Shown piece by piece: positions 9,053 to 20,483 of a stretch of 34,212 nucleotides of DNA (the stretch's first letter is position 1; every line of letters begins with the position of its first letter). Origin of the DNA: Thermoplasmatota archaeon (GTDB lineage Archaea; Thermoplasmatota; E2; DHVEG-1; B18-G2); the NCBI GenBank assembly GCA_029259115.1, contig JAPDJO010000045.1, forward strand, positions 1-34,212, in the 5' to 3' direction. Both the position numbers and the translations under genes were made by a program. The notes beneath the pieces were generated by a model. The model had not been told where the DNA came from. It was given only the letters and a program-made list of their open reading frames with translations, and searched no databases.

Positions 9053-9105
9053 GGGAGGTACAACTTTTTTGGGTTGTACCTAACCCTCAAAATTTTTATT
9101 TTTTT
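9053..9105 (+). terminator. Hairpin plus T-tract terminator after alba, between convergent genes
   Basis: Perfect 9-bp inverted repeat AGGTACAAC (9056-9064) / GTTGTACCT (9073-9081) with a T6-containing loop, followed by TTTTTATTTTTTT. Confidence 0.6.
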
Positions 9106-9109
9106 GAAA

Positions 9110-11325
<2,216 letters not shown>

Positions 11326-11362
11326 GTCTCTCACTATTTTAAATTAATTAGGGAGGGGATAC

Positions 11363-12730
11363 TCAGAATATCCCCTGCTCGACCATTGCATCTGCTACCT
11401 TTACAAAACCGCCTATGTTCGCTCCCGCTATGAGATTCTTTGGACTGTCTGCGTATTTTTCTGCATATTTCACACATGTGTTGAAGATGTTCACCATTAT
11501 GTTGTGCAGTTTCTTATCAACTTCTTCTGGACTCCACTGTGTGAACTGTGCATTCTGACTCATCTCTAAACCGCTTACAGCTACTCCTCCAGCATTTGCT
11601 GCTTTTGCTGGACCTATGATTACACCATTCTCTGTGAAGTGTTCTACCGCATCTGGGGTTGTTGGCATGTTTGCTCCTTCTACAACAGCAATGACACCAG
11701 CGTTTGCAAGCATCTTTGCATCATTGAGATCAATCTCATTCTGGGTTGCACACGGGAATGCAACATCAACCTTTCCCTCTTCCTTGACCGCTATCTCCCA
11801 TGCTTTCTTGTTGTCATAGAAATCAAGGTCAAACTTCTCTGCAACCTCCTTGAGTTTTCCTCTTCTGAGGGCTTTTGTCTCATAAACCGCATTCCATATC
11901 TCATCATTTATTCCATCAGGAAGATACATCGCTCCCTTTGAATCTGAAAGAGTTATTACCTTTCCACCGAGTTCTGTGACCTTCTTTGATGCAAACTGTG
12001 CAACATTACCGCTTCCAGAGATTGCAACCTTCATACCATTAAGGTCTTTCTTGTTGTGGAACTTTTTCAGCATCTCCATGAGATAGTATGTTGCTCCATA
12101 CCCGGTTGCTTCTGGTCTTATGTATGAACCTCCCCAGTTTAATCCCTTACCCGTGAGAACTCCTTCCCATCTGTTTACCAACTTTCTGTATGTACCGAAC
12201 AGATAACCAATTTCCCTTGCTCCTACACCAATATCTCCTGCCGGAACATCGGTGTTTGGACCTATATGTCTGAATAATTCCATCATGAATCTCTCACAGA
12301 ATCTTCGCACTTCAGAATCGCTTTTTCCATGTGGGTCAAAATCGCTTCCTCCCTTGCCGCCGCCCATCGGTATGCCTGTGAGTGCATTCTTGAAAATCTG
12401 TTCGAAACCAAGGAACTTGAGTATTCCAAGATTTACGGTTGGATGGAATCTCAATCCACCCTTATAGGGACCTATCGCACCATTGAACTCAACTCTGTAA
12501 CCTCTGTTCACATGAATTTCTCCATTATCGTCTTCCCATGTGACTCTGAACATTATCACTCTCTCTGGCTCAACGATTCTCTCGAGGATTTTCTCCTTCT
12601 GATACTTTGGATTTTTTTTCACAACTGGCATTATACTCTCTACAACCTCTCTTACTGCCTGATGGAATTCCTTCTCTCCCGGATTCTTCTCTATCACCTT
12701 TTCCATGAATGCCTCAACATCTCTGTCCAT
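11363..12730 (-). CDS. gdhA: Glutamate dehydrogenase (NADP-type GdhA family)
   Basis: EFHQAVREV, GPYKGGLRFHP, GGGKGGSDFDP, DVPAGDIGVG, RPEATGYG, GSGNVA, PCATQNE, EGANMP, KAANAGGVAVSGLEM; SD-like GAGGGAGGGA upstream. Confidence 0.97.
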   Translation of the reverse strand: MDRDVEAFMEKVIEKNPGEKEFHQAVREVVESIMPVVKKNPKYQKEKILERIVEPERVIMFRVTWEDDNGEIHVNRGYRVEFNGAIGPYKGGLRFHPTVNLGILKFLGFEQIFKNALTGIPMGGGKGGSDFDPHGKSDSEVRRFCERFMMELFRHIGPNTDVPAGDIGVGAREIGYLFGTYRKLVNRWEGVLTGKGLNWGGSYIRPEATGYGATYYLMEMLKKFHNKKDLNGMKVAISGSGNVAQFASKKVTELGGKVITLSDSKGAMYLPDGINDEIWNAVYETKALRRGKLKEVAEKFDLDFYDNKKAWEIAVKEEGKVDVAFPCATQNEIDLNDAKMLANAGVIAVVEGANMPTTPDAVEHFTENGVIIGPAKAANAGGVAVSGLEMSQNAQFTQWSPEEVDKKLHNIMVNIFNTCVKYAEKYADSPKNLIAGANIGGFVKVADAMVEQGIF

Positions 12731-12763
12731 AAATATTCCCTCCCTCTAGAATTGGGTGAGAAC

Positions 12764-12801
12764 GGTATCGATAAGTTATATTAAAGCTTTATTGGTATCG
12801 A
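12764..12801. repeat. Direct repeat GGTATCGA x2, 30-bp period, flanking the putative gdhA TATA box
   Basis: GGTATCGA at 12764-12771 and 12794-12801; minus-strand TTTAATAT lies between them. Confidence 0.45.
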
Positions 12802-12850
12802 ATAATTAAGTGGCAAAATATATAAAAATATAAATTAATATTTTGTTCTT

Positions 12851-13840
12851 ATGAAGAACAGATATTTTGTTTCAATTTTTGCAATCTTCGGAGCCATTGT
12901 AATGATATCCTTAGCATTTGTACAGCCAGTAACTGCCAAAGAGAGCGGACAAATTGATATCTTGAGGAAATATGATTCTTATCTGAAAATCGCAAGTAGA
13001 ATCGATAAAACCTTCTCTTCAGATACCTCGATCAAGATGTTGTCGGAAAAACTGTTTGAGAGCAGCAAACTTAGAGGGATAATAAATGAGATAAGGTATG
13101 CTAAAAGCTACAATGAACTCGAAAACCTAGTCATAAAATTTGTAAAAGTATTAGGAGAACAAGAAGAGTATCACAAAATCGAAAAAATTCTCGAAACTAG
13201 ATATAAGAATGAGTTGAGGAAACTAGAAAAGATAAGCAAAGATACCAGAGGCAATCCAGAAATTATAGAGTATCTCATTAGCAACTCTCTCGAGAAACGA
13301 CAGAATATAAAAGAAAATTACATCTCCCCAGTAAATTCAGGAGGAAATCCAAAATCTGGTAGATGTAAATCTATAGAAAATCTAAATAAGGAAAAATCCC
13401 AATCTCTTTCCTCAAGTGTAGCTTTCAAGAAGGACTTAGATGGCAATACCTATATATTTCTTCCAGGAATAGGATGGATTTCACTCTTAATTCTGCTTAG
13501 ATTATTGTTATCTGGAGTAGTCAGTTTTTACCTATTCATGTATAGTACAATTCTTGCTAATGTAGGTTTATGGGCTGCCATACTTGCTCAATTATTCGGA
13601 GAATCCCCTATACCGTATGAAATCCGGACGGTAATAGGGGTGATAGGTATAATTCTCTCTATTCTGCCAAGTGGTTTGATTGCAAAGACGACGACACTTC
13701 TGATAATACTTTCCATATTTGGCTATCTTTCATCCATGGGTTTCCTCTCAGGGAATCTCTTGACTAAAAATTCTTCACAACCTCGAAATTCTCAGGATGC
13801 AATTCAAAGTAATTCCTTATGGGTTCCAAAATTCTGTTAA
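12851..13840 (+). CDS. Hypothetical exported/membrane protein
   Basis: 329-aa ORF with a signal-peptide-like N-terminus (MKNRYFVSIFAIFGAIVMISLAFVQPVTA), a charged helical middle and 3-4 hydrophobic segments near the C-terminus; AT-rich TATA-like upstream region. No family recognised. Confidence 0.7.
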   Translation: MKNRYFVSIFAIFGAIVMISLAFVQPVTAKESGQIDILRKYDSYLKIASRIDKTFSSDTSIKMLSEKLFESSKLRGIINEIRYAKSYNELENLVIKFVKVLGEQEEYHKIEKILETRYKNELRKLEKISKDTRGNPEIIEYLISNSLEKRQNIKENYISPVNSGGNPKSGRCKSIENLNKEKSQSLSSSVAFKKDLDGNTYIFLPGIGWISLLILLRLLLSGVVSFYLFMYSTILANVGLWAAILAQLFGESPIPYEIRTVIGVIGIILSILPSGLIAKTTTLLIILSIFGYLSSMGFLSGNLLTKNSSQPRNSQDAIQSNSLWVPKFC

Positions 13841-14789
13841 TGTATTTCGCTGTATTTCTCTTCAAATCTAATGGATGTAATTCTCCCTCAGAAAATGCAA
13901 CCTCTAAATCGTTGTATGATTTAAAAGAGACATCTCCTCCAAATTTATCTGGTCTCTCTATCTTTATCTCATTAAACTCTGGAAATATGATGTACTTCCA
14001 TATTTCAAGAATAGGATTATTCTCTATTTCTTTCTCAGGACAATAAGCCTTCTTTATCTTTCTCTCAACATCTTCTTTACTGTCATGTATGGATATCATG
14101 GATTCCGGCTTGCTTTTGCTCATTTTCGCTTCTATAGGATTCATTCTTCCTGTTGCCTGAAGACTTGATAGGAGCGGGGTGTGCAGGGCTACTGGCTTTT
14201 TGATGCCGAGTTTACTTGCGGTATCTCTTGCAAGCATATGTGCGTGCCTTTGATCTATACCGCCATACGCCACATCCAAATCTAAGTAGAATATATCCGC
14301 AACCTGCATCACTGGGTAGAAAAGTTTGGACAAATCCTTTTCCGCTTCCTCCTCCTTCCTGCCCATTATGTCCATTGCTCTTTTTACCCTTGCTATAGAG
14401 TTTGCCTTTGCTATCTTTAGAACCAATTCCCAATATCTAGAGTCGTTAACATAATCGCTGGCATAGATAAATTTCACTTCATTTCTTTTTATCCCCATGG
14501 CTTCAAAACAATCTTCCATGTATCTGCCACATAGCCTTATCTTTTCTATATCTCCTCCGAGTTTATCATTTATATATGCATGCCAGTCCGCAAGAAGTAT
14601 GTAAAATTCAAATCCACACTCTATAAAATCTCTAATCTTATTTGCACATATCTTCCAACCTAGATGAACCAGTCCAGAGGGCTCAAATCCTATGTATGCT
14701 TTAGGTTTTTCCTTCTCCAGAACGTTTTTAAGATCTTCTACTGTGACAACTTCTACAGTATTTGATAACAGTCTCTCTAATTTTTCCAT
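13764..14789 (-). CDS. tyrS: Tyrosine--tRNA ligase (archaeal type)
   Basis: YIGFEPSGLVHLG, LADWHAYINDK, YPVMQVADI, GGIDQRHAHMLARD, KMSKS, KKAYCP, LHPLDLK. Confidence 0.97.
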   Translation of the reverse strand: MEKLERLLSNTVEVVTVEDLKNVLEKEKPKAYIGFEPSGLVHLGWKICANKIRDFIECGFEFYILLADWHAYINDKLGGDIEKIRLCGRYMEDCFEAMGIKRNEVKFIYASDYVNDSRYWELVLKIAKANSIARVKRAMDIMGRKEEEAEKDLSKLFYPVMQVADIFYLDLDVAYGGIDQRHAHMLARDTASKLGIKKPVALHTPLLSSLQATGRMNPIEAKMSKSKPESMISIHDSKEDVERKIKKAYCPEKEIENNPILEIWKYIIFPEFNEIKIERPDKFGGDVSFKSYNDLEVAFSEGELHPLDLKRNTAKYINRILEPIRNYFELHPENFEVVKNF

Positions 14790-14790
14790 A

Positions 14791-16143
14791 TCAATCCCTC
14801 GAAAGTTTCTTTACAACCTCATCAACTATCTCCTCAGCCCTTCCAATATAACTCTCTGGATCCAAGCTTCTTTTCAATTCATCTTCACTAACCAATTTAT
14901 TGATCTCTTTTTCCTTTTTGAGCACATCAAGTAAAGAGATATTTTCTACTTGAGCTTTGATTGCACATCTTCTCACTAGCTCATGAGCCTTATCTCTTGC
15001 AAGTCCCTTCTTCACCAGAAGCATCATGACAGATTCAGCCATGGGTATTCCTTTTGATCTCTCTATATTCTCTTTCATCCTCTCTGGAAAGACCCTAAGA
15101 TTGGAGAACACTTTATTCATCTGAAATATAATCCAATCAGTCAAGATGAAGCAATGAGGAATCCAAAACCTTTCACTAGAAGAATTACACAGGTCTCTTT
15201 CATGCCACTGTATAGCATTTTCGTATGCAACTTGAGACAAAGATCTAACTACTCTTGCTAATCCACAGATCTGTTCGCAAGTTATTGGATTCATCTTGTG
15301 TGGCATCGTGGATGAACCAACCTGCTTTTTAACATCAAAAGCCTCAGCAACCTCTCCTATCTCACTTCTCTGCAGATTCCTTATCTCTGTTGCAAATTTC
15401 TCCATACTTGTTGCAATATTTGCTAGAACTCCAGCAAGTTCAGCATATCTATCTCTTCCAACTATTTGAGTAGAAGCCTCCTCTGCTTTCAACCCAAGCT
15501 CCTTCATAACTATTTCCTGAATCTCTTTCGCATGTTTTCCTAGGGCTGCGCCGGTTCCGACTGCTCCTGAAATCTTGCCAACCAGCAACCTTTTCTTGCA
15601 GTCGTTGATTCTCTCTATGTGTCTATTCACCTCCATAGCATAGACGGCCATTTTTAGTCCAAAGGTTATAGGAATTGTCTGTTGACCATGCGTCCTTCCG
15701 AGCATTATCGTCTTTTTATACTTCTTTGCAAGATTTACAAGAGTTGATCTTAATTCTTTTAGCTCATCCTCTATAACTTTTAATGCATCTCTGAACTGCA
15801 ATGCATTTGCTGTGTCAACTATATCATAAGAGGTTGCACCCAGATGGATATATTTCTTTGCCTCTCCTTCGCACACCTCTGCTAAGGCTTTGGTTAAAGC
15901 CATTATGTCGTGTTTTGTCTCTTTCTCTATCTCTTTCACTCTCTCCACAGAGACGAATTTTGTGCTTGATTTCCTTGCAATCTCCTCTGCAGCTTCCTTT
16001 GGTATATTTCCAACCTTTGCATGCGCGATAGCTAAGGCACCTTCAACCTCCAAAAGATAGTTAAGTTTAGAATCTTCACTAAAGATGTCTTTCATCTCTT
16101 TCCTTCCGTATCTGAAGTCCAAAGGACAAACCAGATTTGACAT
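14791..16143 (-). CDS. purB: Adenylosuccinate lyase
   Basis: PLDFRYG, TKHDIMA, HLGATSYDIVDTA, GRTHGQ, SGAVGT, GSSTMPHKMNP, HERDLCNSSSER. Confidence 0.97.
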   Translation of the reverse strand: MSNLVCPLDFRYGRKEMKDIFSEDSKLNYLLEVEGALAIAHAKVGNIPKEAAEEIARKSSTKFVSVERVKEIEKETKHDIMALTKALAEVCEGEAKKYIHLGATSYDIVDTANALQFRDALKVIEDELKELRSTLVNLAKKYKKTIMLGRTHGQQTIPITFGLKMAVYAMEVNRHIERINDCKKRLLVGKISGAVGTGAALGKHAKEIQEIVMKELGLKAEEASTQIVGRDRYAELAGVLANIATSMEKFATEIRNLQRSEIGEVAEAFDVKKQVGSSTMPHKMNPITCEQICGLARVVRSLSQVAYENAIQWHERDLCNSSSERFWIPHCFILTDWIIFQMNKVFSNLRVFPERMKENIERSKGIPMAESVMMLLVKKGLARDKAHELVRRCAIKAQVENISLLDVLKKEKEINKLVSEDELKRSLDPESYIGRAEEIVDEVVKKLSRD

Positions 16144-16172
16144 ATCCTAATAGAAATCTAAATCGTCTTATT

Positions 16173-17042
16173 TCATTTTTGGTTATCTCTGATTACAAAA
16201 TCAACTAACCTTAAACACCTCTTAACCTCTTTGACATCATGAACCCTAACTATATCTGCACCATTAATGACTGAAAGAACAACAGCAGCTAGGGTTCCTT
16301 CTAATCTCTCGTTTATAGGTAATTGTTCGTTATCACCGCATACATTTCCTATGAAGGTTTTCCTTGAGGGACCTACAAGAATAGGTGAATCAAGAACCTT
16401 CAATTCTCTCAATCTTCTTATTATCTCACAGTTATCTTCTATACCTTTTCCTGTTCTCTTTCCAAATCCTATGCCAGGATCAAGAATTATCTTGTGCTCA
16501 TCAACTCCATGAGATATGGCAAATTCTTTCCTTTCACAAAGAAATGAAACTATTTCATGCATAACATCATTGTAAGTTGGATTAATCTGCATATCTCTTG
16601 GTGTGCCTTTCATGTGCATCAGAATTACAGGTACATCGTAATCTGCCACTACTTTCACCATGTTAGGATCAAATCTAAGTGCACTAATATCGTTCACAAT
16701 TTCAACTCCTAGTTCTATAGCCTTCTCTGCAACCTCAGATTTGTAGGTATCTATAGATACAGGAATATCTAGCTTGTCACAAATCTCTTCAAGTACTGGA
16801 ACAACCCTCCTTAGCTCCTCCTTGACCGAGATAGGTTCAGCCCCTGGTCTACTGGATTCTCCACCAACATCTATGATATCCGCTCCTTCCGCCTGCATCT
16901 GGAGTGATCTCTCAATGGCAACATCTGGATCGAGAAATCTCCCCCCATCTGAGAAGCTATCCGGAGTAACGTTCAGTATCCCCATTATGTATGTTTTTTC
17001 ACCCCATCTAAAAATCTTTTTTCCTACTTTCAGATCCTTCAT
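16173..17042 (-). CDS. folP: Dihydropteroate synthase
   Basis: IMGILNVTPDSFSDGG, DVGGESSRPG, SIDTYK, NDISA, MHMKGTP, DPGIGFGK, SRKTFIG, RVHDV; own SD GGAGG (17049-17053) 6 nt before the ATG. Confidence 0.96.
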   Translation of the reverse strand: MKDLKVGKKIFRWGEKTYIMGILNVTPDSFSDGGRFLDPDVAIERSLQMQAEGADIIDVGGESSRPGAEPISVKEELRRVVPVLEEICDKLDIPVSIDTYKSEVAEKAIELGVEIVNDISALRFDPNMVKVVADYDVPVILMHMKGTPRDMQINPTYNDVMHEIVSFLCERKEFAISHGVDEHKIILDPGIGFGKRTGKGIEDNCEIIRRLRELKVLDSPILVGPSRKTFIGNVCGDNEQLPINERLEGTLAAVVLSVINGADIVRVHDVKEVKRCLRLVDFVIRDNQK

Positions 17043-17403
17043 ATTCTTCCTCCAAGAAATCTTTTAACTCTTTGGCAATGGTCTTTATTCTTGAATGATG
17101 TCTGTATAACTTTCCAACTAAATCCTTTAGTTGTCGCAAGGTTCCCATCACAAGGATTTTGCATTTCTCATCTCTTCTTTCAAAAACATCTTTTGGAATT
17201 GCCACTTCTCCGCCTAGTGAGAGCATGTCCTGCTTTATTATTATTGCATCTATTGGATGGACATCTTTTATCAGTAAGGTTCTAAAAACAGCTTTTGGAG
17301 CCATGATCTCTATACTTTTTGGATCGCAACCTATATCCTGAATAAGTTTTCTCGCATGTTCAATGTCTGAAATCTCGATTCTTCTCAAATTACTCATACT
17401 CAT
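17008..17403 (-). CDS. Stand-alone homologue of the FolP N-terminal extension (putative dihydropteroate reductase domain)
   Basis: IG-x-D...IM-x-K...A-x-IIKQDMLSLGGEVAIPKD...GTLRQL..L..KL...IAKELK resembles, from memory, the N-terminal extension of Helicobacter/Campylobacter-type long FolP. It sits between folC and folP and overlaps both. Start ATG 17403 or 17397. Confidence 0.75.
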   Translation of the reverse strand: MSMSNLRRIEISDIEHARKLIQDIGCDPKSIEIMAPKAVFRTLLIKDVHPIDAIIIKQDMLSLGGEVAIPKDVFERRDEKCKILVMGTLRQLKDLVGKLYRHHSRIKTIAKELKDFLEEEYEGSESRKKDF

Positions 17404-18685
17404 CTGAATAATCTTTATGATATAAAATTGCTCTAGCTTCGCCAACCGTGTACAAGGAGCCAGTTATGCAGATCAAATCATCTGGTTTAGATATCTCTTT
17501 TGCTTTTGATATTGCTTCTCTAACATTCTTGGTAGAGTATACCTTGCAAACCGGGTTATGTTTTTTTACAATCTCAACAAGCTCCTCAGATTCACAAACT
17601 CTCTCGCTTTTTGGCATAGTTGTGATTATATGTTTAGCTAGAGGAGCAATCTCCTTTATCATACCGTTGATATCCTTATCACTTAGAATCCCTAGAACTA
17701 AAATCAGATCATTGTATGGAAAATCCCCCAAACTTTCAATCAAGGCTTTTATTGCACCAACATTATGAGCTCCGTCTAGCAAGATTTTTGGATTTGTAGA
17801 CACGAGTTCCATTCTTCCTGGATTGCTTGCATTTCTAACGCCTCTCTCTATGCAACCATCTGGTAAAAATACACCCATCATCTGCAGCTTTTCTATAGCT
17901 AGAACAGCTAAGGTAATATTCTCTCCCTGGAATCTGCCAAGTAAAGGCGTTTCTAACTCATAATCTCTAAAGATTCCATGCACGACAAAGCGTTGCCCGT
18001 TCAAACCAAAATCTCTTCTTTCCCATCTTCCATTCCCAGAGATAAGCTCGGCATGTTTTTTTCTTGCTATTCTATCTATCACATCTAGGGCTTTTCCTGT
18101 AGCAGATGTAATGACAGGAATTCCATCCTTGATTATTCCTGCTTTCTCTTTGGCAATATCCTCAATATTGTTTCCCAGATATTCAGAGTGATCTATCGCT
18201 ACATTTGTGATGATTGATATGATGGGAGAAACAACATTTGTAGCATCGTATCTGCCACCCATTCCTACTTCTATAACTGCAAAATCAACTTCTCTCCTTC
18301 TAAAAAATTCGAATGCAATAGCAGTGGAGATCTCAAAAAACGTGGGCTTTTCATCCATCTTCTTTGCGGCATTGAGTACAACCTTCAAAACATCAAGAAG
18401 TTCATCATCCTTTATTTCTTCTCCATTCACCACAAATCTCTCTCTCAAATGGATAAGGTGCGGGGATGTAAACAAACCAACTGTGTACCCTCCTTCTAGG
18501 AGAATAGAGCTTATAATCCTACAAATAGACCCTTTTCCATTAGTTCCACCAACATGAATAATCTTGTAGCTACTCTGGGGATTTCCAAGTTTGTCCAGGA
18601 GCTTCTTTATTCTCTCCAGACCTGGCTTTATTCCAATCCTTTTAAGTTTATACAATTCTTCTAGCAAATCATCAAGTTCTTCCAT
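17390..18685 (-). CDS. folC: Dihydrofolate synthase / folylpolyglutamate synthase
   Basis: PGLERI, IHVGGTNGKGS, FTSPHL, TFFE, EVGMGGRYDATN, DHSEYLG, EKAGIIK, PGRME, LDGAHN, TGSLYTVGE. Start ATG 18685, 1 nt after the purN stop. Confidence 0.96.
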   Translation of the reverse strand: MEELDDLLEELYKLKRIGIKPGLERIKKLLDKLGNPQSSYKIIHVGGTNGKGSICRIISSILLEGGYTVGLFTSPHLIHLRERFVVNGEEIKDDELLDVLKVVLNAAKKMDEKPTFFEISTAIAFEFFRRREVDFAVIEVGMGGRYDATNVVSPIISIITNVAIDHSEYLGNNIEDIAKEKAGIIKDGIPVITSATGKALDVIDRIARKKHAELISGNGRWERRDFGLNGQRFVVHGIFRDYELETPLLGRFQGENITLAVLAIEKLQMMGVFLPDGCIERGVRNASNPGRMELVSTNPKILLDGAHNVGAIKALIESLGDFPYNDLILVLGILSDKDINGMIKEIAPLAKHIITTMPKSERVCESEELVEIVKKHNPVCKVYSTKNVREAISKAKEISKPDDLICITGSLYTVGEARAILYHKDYSDEYE

Positions 18686-18686
18686 G

Positions 18687-19355
18687 CTAATATCCTTCGC
18701 AATAGAGAACATCAGGATACACTTCGTACTTGTCTTTCCAAGAATCTCCTGGAAGTATCCTCACCTTTCTACCTTCAATCTTTAACCTACCTTCTGCAAA
18801 TAGCTGTATAGTTCTTGGTAATAACTGATGCTCAACTTTAAGTATCCTTTCTGCCAAACTCTCTCTAGTATCATTATCCTTAACCTTGACTGCAGCCTGA
18901 AGTATTATGGGGCCATGATCGACTTCTTCATCCATAAAGTGGGTAGTGCAGCCTGTTATCTTTACACCATACCTTAAGGCATCTCCCTGACCATCTGTCC
19001 CTTTGAATGAAGGAAGCAAGGCGGGATGTATGTTTATTATCTTACCATACCATCTCTTGATAAACCAGGGAGAGAGAATCCTCATATAGCCTGCTCCGAC
19101 CACGAGATCAACATTATGCTCTCTCAGTATCTTATCTATCTCTTTTTCATGCTCCTCTCTACTCTTTCCTTCTGGATCCACAAAGTACGCTGGTATTCCA
19201 TGCTTTTTTGCTCTCTCTAAAGCATAGGCATCCTTTCTATCACTTATCACCACAGCAACATCGGCATCTATCTTTCCAGATTCGGAGTGATCTATTATGC
19301 TCTGAAGATTTGTTCCTCTGCCAGATACCAATACCCCAACCTTGATCCTCTTCAT
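18687..19355 (-). CDS. purN: Phosphoribosylglycinamide formyltransferase (folate-dependent)
   Basis: VSGRGTNLQSI, AGYMRIL, INIHPALLPSFKG, GCTTHF, DHGPIILQ, EH. Confidence 0.96.
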   Translation of the reverse strand: MKRIKVGVLVSGRGTNLQSIIDHSESGKIDADVAVVISDRKDAYALERAKKHGIPAYFVDPEGKSREEHEKEIDKILREHNVDLVVGAGYMRILSPWFIKRWYGKIINIHPALLPSFKGTDGQGDALRYGVKITGCTTHFMDEEVDHGPIILQAAVKVKDNDTRESLAERILKVEHQLLPRTIQLFAEGRLKIEGRKVRILPGDSWKDKYEVYPDVLYCEGY

Positions 19356-19378
19356 CAAAACTACTATCTGATCTAGGT

Positions 19379-20482
19379 TTAAATAGTTAAATCATTGAAT
19401 ACCTTTATAACCTCATCAAGTGGAGCATCTGTCTTAAAAGAAGTATCTCTGAAATGAGTTCTGGATACCCTGTAACCTTCCTTTTCTAGGAGTTTCATCA
19501 TCCTAAAAATCTTTGGAGGAGATCTTTTGAAATAAGATGCTAAAGCATCTATATCATAGAAAAGCGGAGGCATGTCAATCTCATCTAGACATCTATCCAC
19601 GAGTTTTTCGATATCTTTCTTGTTCCTGAAGCTCTTTTTCCTTATCACATCTCTTAATGAAACCAAAAAACCTTTGTCATGCAGATTTCCTGTCCAGAGT
19701 GGACCTACCTCCCTCTCTTTTAAATCGAAGTCATATGTTTTCAAAGTATCTATATTTTTCAAAAGCTCGTCAGCCTTTTTCGCTCCTTTTTTAACTTTAA
19801 AGTAGGCTCTCATGTAGTAATTCCTAGAATAGCTAAGTATTGGATATAAAGCCCTATCAAATCTTGCCCCTTCTCTTATTATGTGTCCTAGAAGTATCCT
19901 CAATCCTATCTCATGCATAGACCACGTCCTCAGGGGCTTTGAACCATATCTTCTAATGCAGGTCTTCCTATAGACTCCGCAGAGAGTAGCTGTATCGGTT
20001 GCTGTAACAGCTAATATGCCACCTGGAAGAACACTCCTAACAGCTATGCTTATGTAAGGGACAGGTGAACCAAAAGGGTCAATATCAATATAGTGAAATC
20101 TTTCCTTGCATAATAATACGTTCAAATCCTCGCAACTTGTCTTGATATTGGAAAGATTGCTGTGCTCTATGCTTTTCTTAGCTATCTCGATAGCTTTCTC
20201 ATTCCAATCATTTAGAATAACATTAAAATCTCCATCAACCTCGTTTGCTATCCTTAATCCTCTTGCCCCTATAGAAGCCAACCCATCCAGTATATCTATT
20301 TCTCTATCAAACTCATTTACAAGAACCTGAACAACCGCGACAGATATGTCTCTACTTTCTTCCATAGCTGGATTGTAGAAGCCATATCTAAGCTTCCTTC
20401 CAGGTCCTTTGTTTTCTAATCTCAAATCCGCAGGGACGAAAAACTCTGTATTTCCTTCTCTTACTAATTTTAGCTTCGTCAT
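19379..20482 (-). CDS. trm1: tRNA (guanine26-N2)-dimethyltransferase Trm1
   Basis: FYNPAM..SRDISV, GARGLR, ND, IDIDPFGSP, VTATDTATLCG, HEIGLRIL, GPLW, RTHF...KTDAP. Confidence 0.95.
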   Translation of the reverse strand: MTKLKLVREGNTEFFVPADLRLENKGPGRKLRYGFYNPAMEESRDISVAVVQVLVNEFDREIDILDGLASIGARGLRIANEVDGDFNVILNDWNEKAIEIAKKSIEHSNLSNIKTSCEDLNVLLCKERFHYIDIDPFGSPVPYISIAVRSVLPGGILAVTATDTATLCGVYRKTCIRRYGSKPLRTWSMHEIGLRILLGHIIREGARFDRALYPILSYSRNYYMRAYFKVKKGAKKADELLKNIDTLKTYDFDLKEREVGPLWTGNLHDKGFLVSLRDVIRKKSFRNKKDIEKLVDRCLDEIDMPPLFYDIDALASYFKRSPPKIFRMMKLLEKEGYRVSRTHFRDTSFKTDAPLDEVIKVFNDLTI

Positions 20483-20483
20483 C

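Noticed and set aside
13455-13520. LPGIG plus hydrophobic helix in the orphan protein as a PGF-CTERM archaeosortase signal
   Set aside because: It is not PGF, lies more than 100 residues from the C-terminus, and lacks the terminal basic cluster.
17008-17042. Programmed frameshift fusing the small ORF to folP
   Set aside because: Fusion needs a +1 shift, whereas the A_AAA_AAG heptamer is a -1 signal in the folP frame. folP also has its own SD and ATG.
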